64,000 nucleotides of DNA, taken from NCBI GenBank assembly GCA_019057475.1, contig DXJO01000041.1, positions 64,001 through 128,000 of the forward strand, given 5' to 3'. Positions 19,285 through 27,848 of the stretch are shown one piece after another. The stretch's first letter is position 1. Every line of letters starts with the position of its first letter. This stretch comes from Candidatus Thorarchaeota archaeon. GTDB taxonomy: Archaea; Asgardarchaeota; Thorarchaeia; Thorarchaeales; Thorarchaeaceae. The notes below the pieces were generated by a model that was not told the origin of the DNA, searched no databases, and saw only the letters and a list, made by a program, of their open reading frames with translations. Both the position numbers and the translations under genes were made by a program.

Positions 19285-19307
19285 TTCGAATCTCACCCGG
19301 GCCACCA
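19285..19307 (+). repeat. tRNA 3'-end copy 7
   Basis: TTCGAATCTCACCCGGGCCACCA; 21/23 identical. Confidence 0.85.
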
Positions 19308-19382
19308 CTCTCTTCTCATCATCCCTATCCCATCCAAATGAATCAAATACGTCAATAGAGATGCTCTCATTGGAGAAGTAAC

Positions 19383-19952
19383 TTGCAGAATACCTCAACC
19401 TTTGAAGCCCCGATGCAGAGGATTCGGCTAGACCGACTGCCTCAGGGAGAGCCCATTCTGGATGTAGGAGCCGGGGGAGAGGGATTGGTGTCAAGAATCG
19501 AAGGCGCAAGAGTATGCGCTATTGACATCCGGATGGATGAGATAAGGGAAGCGCGCATTCATGACCCACCTTCCAATTGGTTTGTTGGTGATGGTAGGGC
19601 TCTTTGTTTTCGCGACTCCAGCTTTCAGGTAGCCACACTCTGGTTCTCGCTTGGATACATGAGAGATTGGGAAACCAAGCACCAAGTCATGAAAGAGGTG
19701 CAGAGAGTCCTGAAGCCGGATGGGGTTGTATCAATCATGGCCAGCAAGATAGTATGCAAGGAGGACAGATTCTTATTCAGAGTAGTGTATACTCTCCCTG
19801 ATGGGACCATTTCCCAAACAGGCTACGGAGTCAGAGGGAAACAGGATCAGACGCTTGAGAGTGCTAGTCGATTGCTGGAGGATATGGGCTTCAGACTAGA
19901 GCGTACTCAGGAGCATGAACACTGGTTCGAGATTCTAGCCGTAAAGCAATAG
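19383..19952 (+). CDS. Class I SAM-dependent methyltransferase
   Basis: ILDVGAGGEG and RVLKPDG motifs. Confidence 0.85.
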   Translation: MQNTSTFEAPMQRIRLDRLPQGEPILDVGAGGEGLVSRIEGARVCAIDIRMDEIREARIHDPPSNWFVGDGRALCFRDSSFQVATLWFSLGYMRDWETKHQVMKEVQRVLKPDGVVSIMASKIVCKEDRFLFRVVYTLPDGTISQTGYGVRGKQDQTLESASRLLEDMGFRLERTQEHEHWFEILAVKQ

Positions 19953-20022
19953 TGCATGCTTCGCATCTCCAAAACCTTAAAGTGGACACCTTATGCTGAC
20001 CGAGCCAACCCGCAGTAGGTGA

Positions 20023-20547
20023 TTGAGATTGAGTCTAGCAGTATGGTGGAAACGTGGCAGCAAACCTGGACTCATCATGATATTCTTGGGTATAGCGGGG
20101 CTGGTTCAGATTCCAGTTATGTGGCACGCTCAAGTCTACGTTCAGGTGTTGAGTGCTGAGCTGCAATTGATTGTGAGTTTGGGTGCCATGGTAGTGCTCA
20201 CAGGTGCTTACGTTGTGATGGCAGAAACAATGTATCGCTGGGCGCACATTGTATCCAAAAGGAAAGTACGCAGACGACAGAGAGCGAAATCGAACTGGAT
20301 AACCAAGCTCTCAGCTTTCGCTAGATCTTGGCAGGACCTGCCAGCGTTTGTTGGTGTTGCACTCATCACATGCATCTTCTTCATGCTATACTTCGTGCCA
20401 TTTGGAGTGTCGGACATGACCAATCTCCCCTCCTGGTTAGCCGCACTAGCATTCCTTGATCCTCTCTTTGTGTATCCTCTAGGTGTCAACATCGCTGCTG
20501 TCATTTGCGCAGTCATTGCTAGCTACATGAACCACAAGGTACGGTAG
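20023..20547 (+). CDS. Four-TM membrane protein
   Basis: Hydrophobic segments flanking a basic loop. Confidence 0.65.
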   Translation: MRLSLAVWWKRGSKPGLIMIFLGIAGLVQIPVMWHAQVYVQVLSAELQLIVSLGAMVVLTGAYVVMAETMYRWAHIVSKRKVRRRQRAKSNWITKLSAFARSWQDLPAFVGVALITCIFFMLYFVPFGVSDMTNLPSWLAALAFLDPLFVYPLGVNIAAVICAVIASYMNHKVR

Positions 20548-20656
20548 GACACAGCAGTCAAAGGACTTGTTGTGGTTGCTGCAGTCAGTATTTGCTTGGT
20601 ACCATAACTGAGGCCTTAATTACCCGCCGGGCTGTTAACGTTGACGAAGTGATTCT

Positions 20657-21133
20657 ATGACAGGTGGACTCAAAGCAGGTGACAAAGGACCAGACTTCAC
20701 TTTGTGGGAAGCGCCAGGCAAGAGCGTGACGCTCAGTGAGGAACTCGAGAAAGGACCAGTCGTGTTAGCATTCTACCCAGCTGACTTCACGTCGGTCTGC
20801 CAGAAGGAACTCTGTACATTCAGGGATGCACTAGCGGCCTATAATAAGCTGGGAGCGAATGTCCTTGGAATATCGGTAGACAGCATCTTCAGCCACGCGG
20901 CCTTCAAGGAGGCGAACCAGATTCAATTTCCACTCCTATCGGACTGGGAGAAGACGGCTATCAGGGATTACGATATTGTGCATCCAGACCTTGCAGGAAT
21001 GAAGAACGTTGCTAGGAGGGCAGTTTTTGTGATAGGCATGGATGGTAAGATTGCATACTCGTGGGTCGGCGATAGCCCTGGGGACCTACCACCATTCGAT
21101 GATGTGCAAAAAGCAGTTGAGAGCCTAAGCTAA
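20657..21133 (+). CDS. Peroxiredoxin (AhpC/TSA family)
   Basis: FYPADFTSVCQKELC, GISVDS, RAVFVI. Confidence 0.92.
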   Translation: MTGGLKAGDKGPDFTLWEAPGKSVTLSEELEKGPVVLAFYPADFTSVCQKELCTFRDALAAYNKLGANVLGISVDSIFSHAAFKEANQIQFPLLSDWEKTAIRDYDIVHPDLAGMKNVARRAVFVIGMDGKIAYSWVGDSPGDLPPFDDVQKAVESLS

Positions 21134-21186
21134 CTTCGACTGGTGACGCTAGCTTTATATTTCCACAGCAAGGGTCAAGCCACTGA

Positions 21187-21293
21187 GCCGCGGTAGATCA
21201 GCCAGGGAGATCGCACGGCTGAAGACCGTGTTGTCGCCGGTTCAAATCTAGTTGTGATTACCACAACTGGTGAATGTCCGGCCCGCGGCACCA
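21187..21293 (+). tRNA. tRNA-Phe(GAA) with ~30-nt T-loop intron (~21248-21277)
   Basis: GCCGCGG/CCGCGGC acceptor; CACGG-CTGAAGA-CCGTG; T stem GCCGG/CCGGC interrupted by hairpin CTAGTTGTG/CACAACTGG; CCA. Confidence 0.93.
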
Positions 21294-21390
21294 CTTATTC
21301 TATCCAAGCATTTCCTCTCCTGAGTGTAAGAAGATTCAATACAAAGCTGGCGACCAATGTGAATCAATGTGTGTAGGGAGATTATTGGAT

Positions 21391-21624
21391 TTGAAGCAAT
21401 CAGGAAAATGTCCGAAGTGTAATAGTTCGAACATTTGGAATAATTCTCATCTTCAAGTAAATCGAAGTGTTACTGCAAGAAGATGGATTTTGGTCCATAT
21501 CACAGGCATGTTTGGTTTGACTCGTAAATATGCATTCAAAGACGAGTATGTCTGTGTTGATTGTGGATATTCTGAAACGTTTATTGATGAGGTGGGTCTA
21601 GAAACCATCAGAGAATATGGATGA
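21391..21624 (+). CDS. Small zinc-ribbon protein
   Basis: CPKC ... CVDCGYSE; TTG start chosen because the longer ORF overlaps the tRNA. Confidence 0.7.
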   Translation: MKQSGKCPKCNSSNIWNNSHLQVNRSVTARRWILVHITGMFGLTRKYAFKDEYVCVDCGYSETFIDEVGLETIREYG

Positions 21625-22304
21625 GGCGATTAGTAATGAATTTGAAAGATTATTTGAATTCAACAAAATTCTGTGATTGCGACAATCAAGAAATAATTGC
21701 TAAGGCGAAGGAACTTACACAGAATGATAAAACATCAAGAGAGATGGCGTTGAGCATCTTTCATTTTGTAAGAGATCAGATAAAATTCATGATGAGCGAT
21801 TTTGTCAAAGCGTCTGAAACTCTAAAGAATGGAATTGGTGATTGCGGCAATAAAACGAATCTTCAAGTTGCATTATTGCGCTCAGTCAATATTCCAGCTA
21901 GATATCATATTGCTTCTCTACGTAAAGAGAGCATCAAAGGCATAGTTTCTGAAATGCTATATCAAGGAGCGCCAGATGAAATACCATTTCATCCTTGGTG
22001 TGAGTGTTATATTTCCGAAAAATGGATTTCTTGCGACACACTATTGGATAAAGCATTGACTGATACTATTTACAAAAAGGGCATTTTCACTAAAGAAGAA
22101 ATTCCAACAATCAATTGGGATGGTGAAAGTAATCTGAATACCATGACCAACTGGATGATAGAGGATAAGGGAACTTTTCCTTCTCTTGATGAATTATTCC
22201 TAGAGGTGCAAAAGCAGTCTGAAGAGAGTCCAATCGATAAGGACCTAATAGAAATGGTGGTTAAGCAATCAAATGAGTATACGGATAGCCTACGAGAACA
22301 ATGA
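21621..22304 (+). CDS. Transglutaminase-like protein
   Basis: GDC.NK..L.VALLR...IPARY and HPWCE motifs. Confidence 0.85.
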   Translation: MRRLVMNLKDYLNSTKFCDCDNQEIIAKAKELTQNDKTSREMALSIFHFVRDQIKFMMSDFVKASETLKNGIGDCGNKTNLQVALLRSVNIPARYHIASLRKESIKGIVSEMLYQGAPDEIPFHPWCECYISEKWISCDTLLDKALTDTIYKKGIFTKEEIPTINWDGESNLNTMTNWMIEDKGTFPSLDELFLEVQKQSEESPIDKDLIEMVVKQSNEYTDSLREQ

Positions 22305-22447
22305 TTGTAGATAGCCCCACTTGACCACTGACCTATATTTCAATAACAGGTTCTTTTCAGTGATTGAAATGACCTACTTCAGAATCATATCAAGTTCCTG
22401 GCATTGGTGTGAGTCCGAGTAAGGTTTCTTGTTTTAGTACTAGTTGA

Positions 22448-22521
22448 GGGCCAGTGGTCTAGCGTATGACATCTCTCTGATATAGAGAAGATCGAAGGTT
22501 TCAGTCCTTCCTGGCCGACCA
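22448..22521 (+). tRNA. Atypical tRNA, anticodon GAT (Ile) on a Val-like body; possibly a pseudo-tRNA
   Basis: Cloverleaf with TCTCT-CTGATAT-AGAGA, GAAGG/CCTTC T stem and ACCA, but G1:G72 mismatch and T loop TTTCAGT. Confidence 0.7.
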
Positions 22522-22523
22522 AT

Positions 22524-22602
22524 GGGATGTTGGTCTAGCTCGGTGAATGACATTGCTCTTATATGGCGAAGATTGGCGGTTCGATTCCGCCACATCCCAC
22601 CA
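22524..22602 (+). tRNA. Atypical tRNA, anticodon TAT (Ile UAU) on a Val-like body
   Basis: GGGATGT/ACATCCC acceptor; TTGCT-CTTATAT-GGCGA; GGCGG-TTCGATT-CCGCC; ACCA. Confidence 0.8.
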
Positions 22603-22605
22603 TTT

Positions 22606-22902
22606 CTACTTCTGTCGGGTTCTCTTTGTGACTGTGATTTTGAGAACGACACCGGATGAAGTCGGATTCGGACAGCGAACAAACTCAGTTGTCACTCCGT
22701 CCTTGTTGATTATTTTCTCGTAAGGAGTTCCTTTGTATGACCAGCCAAGTCGTCCATCATGCTGCAGCACTCGAATCATGTGACTTGCACTATCAATCAG
22801 CCAGTTGCACATCTTACCGGTACCAAAGGGATACTTGAATTTCTAACCTACCTTATGTTTTCGACAACCACTCTCGAATATCTCTAGTTCAATGTTTCTC
22901 AT
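22606..22902 (-). pseudogene. TIGR04076-like small Cys protein with in-frame TAG at 22843-22845
   Basis: MRNIELEIFESGCRKHKVG*KFKYP...MCNWL...VRCPNP read in a single frame. Confidence 0.65.
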
Positions 22903-22994
22903 AGAATACAAACCCGCGTTTTACTATTCAGACTATACAATAGGAGTCTCTATCTGCGCAGGGATTCTTCATAGAATCATGGAATTGTTGTGAT

Positions 22995-23617
22995 TCACTT
23001 CTTAGGGGGTTTCAACATGTCCCAGTGTGGGATGTCAGCAGTTGGAACATAGCCCTTGGCTAGAACTTCAAACCCGTAATGTTCGTAAATTGACACATTA
23101 GACTCACATTGTGCCTTAAGATAACAGGGCAATTCCAGCCTGTCAAGTCGTTCAAGCATTGGACGGATGAGTTTGCTTGAATAACCCTGACCTTGTAGCT
23201 CAGGATTAACAGCAACTGGACCAAGATGCATGTAGGGAGTAACCGCGTACTTCGCTCTTCGTTGATTTGTGAATTGATCCATTTTCATCATCCGATTGAC
23301 TGGATTTCTGCCCATCGCCCTAAGAAGCCCAAACCACCTGCTCGAAGATGTTTCCAGAGAGTACTATCTACTGTGTTCGAGTGTTGCCATATTGCCACTC
23401 CCTCTAATCTTGATGAGGTGGCATATACCTCTCCGTATTGGAGAGGCTGTTTCAACCTGAACTTGAAGAAGACTGGCAATAGCTTCTTTCTCTCCTCTTT
23501 ATTGGGAAAGAAGTGAACACATAGAGGATCATCCCAAAATGCGCGTGTCAACAAATCTACAGCCAGCCCGATATCGGACTTGGAGAGCTCAATCAATCCA
23601 TCAAGAGCAGAAGCCAT
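22995..23617 (-). pseudogene. GNAT acetyltransferase split by a frameshift near 23300-23320
   Basis: N-half (RAFWDDP...EGVAIW) and C-half (LGPVAVNPELQGQG...NVSIYEHYGF) lie in different frames. Confidence 0.75.
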
Positions 23618-23720
23618 CCATATTCTTCAACTCGCTGGAGATAATGAATCAGATGTACATTGAGTACAGTATCAAGAACCGTCACCTATTTCTTGTCGCA
23701 TCAAGTACAGTTTGTTGACG

Positions 23721-24164
23721 ATGAGAAACGACAAGGTCGAAATTCGGGTGAAACGACTCAATCCGGATGCAAGAATACCAGAAACCGCCAAGCCGGGAGA
23801 TGTTGCGTTCGACCTGTTTTCTGTGGTTGACTACGACTTAGAACCTGGCAACCGCTTCCCAGTTCCTACAGGATTGGCGATGGAGATACCTACTGGCTAT
23901 GAAGGACAAGTAAGACCAAGAAGTGGTCTTGCGTTCCGCAAGGGAATAACGACTCTGAACACCCCCGGTACAATCGACAGCGGGTATCGAGGGGAAGTCA
24001 AAGTCATTCTGATTAACCATGGGCATGAAACTTTTCATATAGAGAAAGGTATGCGGATTGCTCAGCTCGCAATCCGGTCCGTACCAGAAGCTAGGTTTGC
24101 TGAGGTAGATGCGCTCGCAGACTCAGAGCGTGGCACTGACGGTTTCGGCAGCACTGGATTTTGA
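23721..24164 (+). CDS. dut: dUTP diphosphatase
   Basis: RPRSGLA, GTIDSGYRGE, RIAQL, RG.DGFGSTG. Confidence 0.95.
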   Translation: MRNDKVEIRVKRLNPDARIPETAKPGDVAFDLFSVVDYDLEPGNRFPVPTGLAMEIPTGYEGQVRPRSGLAFRKGITTLNTPGTIDSGYRGEVKVILINHGHETFHIEKGMRIAQLAIRSVPEARFAEVDALADSERGTDGFGSTGF

Positions 24165-24231
24165 ATGGTAATCTACTAATACCGCACAGCAGTCTAGCAC
24201 GCATTCCGGTTCATCTACCGAGGAGAGAATA

Positions 24232-25443
24232 ATGCCAGACTATGATGTCATCATCGTGGGCGGTGGCCCCGCAGGTTCTACGGCTGCCAGGCGAATCGCT
24301 CAGAGAAACCTGAATGTGCTCCTTCTGGACAAGGCAACATTTCCAAGAGTCAAGCCTTGTGCGGGAGCAATGACAGACCGTGTGAGGAACGTCCTTGATT
24401 TTAGTATTGACGAAGTTGTTCAAAGACGATCATTTGGGCAACGATTCATTTCCCCGTCTGGCACCATTGTGGATTGTACGAGACCTGTTACGACCGGAGA
24501 CTTGCTGATGCGTGACGAATTTGACACGCTGCTCCTGCGAAAGGCCGAGGAGGCGGGTGCCAAAGTCAGAGAAGGAGTCAAGGTGGTCAGCGCTGAACAA
24601 GACGCAGACAAGATTACAGTGACGACGAGCGAGGGGGAGCGGATAGATGCTAAGTATCTCGTCGGAGCAGATGGCATCAATAGTGTAGTAGCAAAGAGTC
24701 TAGGTTTCTACAAACGCTGGTCTGCAAGTGACGCAGCTATCTGCATTGAGATAGAGGCAGAAGTTGGCGAAGAAGCGGTGGAGAGAATCTGTGGTGTGCC
24801 CTATGAAGAGAAGGGGGTTGCCATTCACATCTATTTCGGTCCTGTCCCGTTTGGCTACATCTGGTGTTTTCCCAAGAAATCCATATTGAGCTTGGGTGCA
24901 GGTTGCATGCAAGCCAAAGCAAAGAACATCAGAGGGCTCTTCAACAAATGGTTCGAGGACTTCAAAGAGAAACATGACATTGATCCCAAAATCATTTCCG
25001 ACACAGCGGCTCGTATGCCTTACTCAGGTGCGGCAAAGAAGACCGTGATTGGCAGGACAATTCTCATTGGAGATGCTGCAGGCTTTGTGCCTCCGTTCTC
25101 AGGAGAGGGAATACTGCTGGCAGTTCAGTCTGCTATTATTGCAGCTCCTGTCTTGGAGAGGGCTGTGGCGAACTCCAATCCACGCGTCTTGATTGAGTTT
25201 GAGAAGAGTTGGAAGCAGGCATTTGGAAGCGACCTGAAGGTAGCAAAGAGCATCGCAGACCTGATGTTCAAGAGCGAGAAGAACATGAATACCATTCTTC
25301 GCTTGGCTCATGAGGATCAGGTTATCAACGACGTTATGTACAAGATGATTGCTGGCCTAGACTCCTACAAGAACCTCAAAAGACAACTGGTGAAACGGAT
25401 ACTGACAAAGCACCCACGGGCTGGATTGTCACTCTATACATGA
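24232..25443 (+). CDS. Geranylgeranyl reductase family FAD oxidoreductase
   Basis: GGGPAGS, FPRVKPCAG, GADG, IGDAAG.V.P.SGEGI. Confidence 0.9.
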   Translation: MPDYDVIIVGGGPAGSTAARRIAQRNLNVLLLDKATFPRVKPCAGAMTDRVRNVLDFSIDEVVQRRSFGQRFISPSGTIVDCTRPVTTGDLLMRDEFDTLLLRKAEEAGAKVREGVKVVSAEQDADKITVTTSEGERIDAKYLVGADGINSVVAKSLGFYKRWSASDAAICIEIEAEVGEEAVERICGVPYEEKGVAIHIYFGPVPFGYIWCFPKKSILSLGAGCMQAKAKNIRGLFNKWFEDFKEKHDIDPKIISDTAARMPYSGAAKKTVIGRTILIGDAAGFVPPFSGEGILLAVQSAIIAAPVLERAVANSNPRVLIEFEKSWKQAFGSDLKVAKSIADLMFKSEKNMNTILRLAHEDQVINDVMYKMIAGLDSYKNLKRQLVKRILTKHPRAGLSLYT

Positions 25444-25493
25444 TAAGCCCGTCGTAACGTTTTTAATTCGCACCCATCGTGATTCGTGAGAAT

Positions 25494-25601
25494 GGGTCGG
25501 TAGTCTAGTTGGCTATGATTCCGCATTGACATAGAATTCTGATTCTTCAGGGTTTTTCAAACGTGCGGCGGTCGGGAGTTCGAGTCTCCCCCGACCCACC
25601 A
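25494..25601 (+). tRNA. tRNA-Val(GAC) with canonical 37/38 intron
   Basis: GGGTCGG/CCGACCC; CCGCA-TTGACA-[intron]-TGCGG; GGGAG-TTCGAGT-CTCCC; CCA. Confidence 0.92.
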
Positions 25602-25607
25602 CTATTC

Positions 25608-25994
25608 TTACACAATGCCTTTGTTAGACAAGAGTTGCAAGAAGCCTCGAAAGAGAGACCGGTCTCTGCTTCTTCGAAACTCATCTAGTGCGTCAGAATA
25701 CGTTTCAAGAAACAAATCAGCGATTTCGTGCAGCTTCGACTTATTCTCCGTAGCATTATCATCGGCTGCGGCAACTGCGAATATCAAGTCCCCCTTAGCA
25801 ACAACTAGAAAGTACAGACTGCCAAGACTGATTTCGCTCACCTCTTCACCGGAGATGGTGGCCCCAAAGCTTCGCAGAGCAACTATGAATCCACTAACAA
25901 CCGCGGGGTCATCTGCAAGCGCTTGAAACCCCCCGACACTGGTTTCGAACAGCGTATTGCCTCCACTGTCGAGGATTACGATATTTCCAATCAT
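25608..25994 (-). CDS. Longin/roadblock-like domain protein
   Basis: I.ILD.GG..LF ... D..VVSGF..AL.SF ... L..I...F...Y pattern typical of Asgard longins. Confidence 0.7.
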   Translation of the reverse strand: MIGNIVILDSGGNTLFETSVGGFQALADDPAVVSGFIVALRSFGATISGEEVSEISLGSLYFLVVAKGDLIFAVAAADDNATENKSKLHEIADLFLETYSDALDEFRRSRDRSLFRGFLQLLSNKGIV

Positions 25995-26048
25995 CTTGGA
26001 ATGAAGAAAAGACTGAGAGTGGAGATTAAGGTTTCTAGGAGGAGCCTG

Positions 26049-26570
26049 TTAGAAGTACATTCCAGCCCGCATGGGATAGCGCTCTCTGAAGGTCTTCTCA
26101 GCCTCTTTGTCCAGCATGCTCGTCAACTTGGACATCTCAGGGCTGAGAGAGGCAAGGTCAGGCCGTGCAAGGATCGGGCCGGTCAGCAGATGGCTGCTCT
26201 TGATACGATCCAGATCAAGTGGCGATACTGGGGCCCTTCGTATGATGGACTCTAAATTTGGTCGAGCGATACTAGGCTGAGTCAGTGACTTGATTATTCG
26301 CTCAAAGTCACGATTACTCAGGGGTCTCAGACCAAACTCTGGGGAAGACTTTACAGAGTCCAATGCAGCCTGAGGACTAGGAAGCTCTATTCCTGCACCA
26401 GTGAACTCCCATGGATTAAGGGGAATCATCTTCAGCTGAAAAGCAGAATCGGGTCCAAGGACTAGCATGTCTCCACGAGGCGTGCTCATGACCCTCCAGC
26501 CTCGCGGCTTCTCTGCATACCTGTCCTGAATTCGAGAGAGTATCTCCTCTACTGGCTCTGTTTTTATCAC
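26049..26570 (-). CDS. Hypothetical protein
   Basis: 173-aa ORF with protein-like composition, co-oriented with neighbours. Confidence 0.6.
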   Translation of the reverse strand: MIKTEPVEEILSRIQDRYAEKPRGWRVMSTPRGDMLVLGPDSAFQLKMIPLNPWEFTGAGIELPSPQAALDSVKSSPEFGLRPLSNRDFERIIKSLTQPSIARPNLESIIRRAPVSPLDLDRIKSSHLLTGPILARPDLASLSPEMSKLTSMLDKEAEKTFRERYPMRAGMYF

Positions 26571-26693
26571 GTTTCCTCATTACTAATCTTGCGCCTGAAT
26601 TCATATCATTATTGGTATCTATGAAAAAGACCGTATTGAAGTAGACAGAGTGTATAATCCCATAGAGATCGGAACGCTGCAGTTGGACCTGTT

Positions 26694-27101
26694 TCACGAT
26701 CGCATTGCCAGTGCTTCACCTAGTGAGGTTTCAGACTCGATCTTTCCGCGGATGAGTTCAACTTCTTGGCCGAGGCTTGCTACAATCCCGGTGATCAACT
26801 TGTCAATCTCGTCTACCTGCTCATTCCATGATTTGTCTTTATCTTGAAGACTATCAAGGTCAATCGCATACTTGAATGTCAATGGTACACCCTTGACTCT
26901 AACTCCGATAGCGTATAGAGTCACTCGCCGCAACCTCTTCCGATCGTCAAGGAATGGACTAACGAAATAATCGGGATCGTAAGTCACCAGAGCAGCGCTT
27001 CTAGCATACTCCTTGAAATCCTCATAACGTTCAAGCACAACAGGGGGAATGAATACAGGCCGGGCTTCGCTCATTTTCACCATCTCGACATCTAGACCCA
27101 C
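26694..27101 (-). CDS. Hypothetical protein
   Basis: 135-aa ORF with protein-like composition. Confidence 0.6.
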   Translation of the reverse strand: MGLDVEMVKMSEARPVFIPPVVLERYEDFKEYARSAALVTYDPDYFVSPFLDDRKRLRRVTLYAIGVRVKGVPLTFKYAIDLDSLQDKDKSWNEQVDEIDKLITGIVASLGQEVELIRGKIESETSLGEALAMRS

Positions 27102-27302
27102 TTACCCCATTACTTCCTGTGGAACCAATGGAGGGCAGTGCATCATGAGAATCTTCTGACTCTGTCTAGTACGTAATTAGTATAATTCTATATAAATATT
27201 TCTATATTTTTATTTTATTCATTTTTCGTTTAGTAATAATGCGTTGGAACACGTGTTCTAAGAACGGGAATAGAATATGCGAGGAATTTGCACTGCAGCA
27301 AT

Positions 27303-27794
27303 CTATTCGTAGCGCCGCTCTGCATCCCCAAAGGACTCGCAGACACGGCGGAGCCTCTCAATATGGCCGCCCTTCAGATATGCAATATACTCAAACAGCC
27401 GACTCACGACCTTTGATTTAGCGCGAGTTGCAATTGAGATGTAAAAATGATAAGCCTTGATATCGCGTTCCAATGCCCCGTTGCAGAGACTCCAACGTTC
27501 AAACTGTAGGCCTGGTGAAGAGGCAGAACCGAAATTGAAGGGTTTCTCATTTGGAGGAATCATCGAATCTCGAAGTTTGAGGACCTCTTCCATGGCGGTT
27601 GTAACTCCGCCTATCATCATACCTTCAATGGCAGCAATCAAGGTTTCTTCTGATTCGGCAAGCACCTTGAGCAAGGCTTTTACCTCAGGTGCCGTCCTGG
27701 CGGCCGCCTCATCCAGATAGAACTGAAGGTCGTTGAGGGCAGTGGCGAGAGCCAGGTTCAACATGTACTTTACTGAATCTTGGGCGTTAATCAT
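27303..27794 (-). CDS. Ferritin-like/rubrerythrin-type four-helix protein
   Basis: Duplicated ALA.E....FY...A ... LF..LA..E..H pattern. Confidence 0.7.
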   Translation of the reverse strand: MINAQDSVKYMLNLALATALNDLQFYLDEAAARTAPEVKALLKVLAESEETLIAAIEGMMIGGVTTAMEEVLKLRDSMIPPNEKPFNFGSASSPGLQFERWSLCNGALERDIKAYHFYISIATRAKSKVVSRLFEYIAYLKGGHIERLRRVCESFGDAERRYE

Positions 27795-27848
27795 TAGAGT
27801 AAGGATATGCGGGGTTCATCTCAAGAAAGAGGTTTCGGTAGTCAAAGG

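Larger units (their letters stand above)
1182..19307. mobile_element. tRNA-Ala-anchored accessory island / cassette array delimited by tRNA 3'-end repeats
   Basis: Starts at the tRNA CCA; seven direct degenerate copies of the tRNA 3' end; accessory and defence-like cargo; no integrase recognised. Confidence 0.8.

Noticed and set aside
1182-19307. Integrase, transposase or reverse transcriptase in the island
   Set aside because: No R-H-R-Y, DDE or YxDD motif pattern recognised in any ORF
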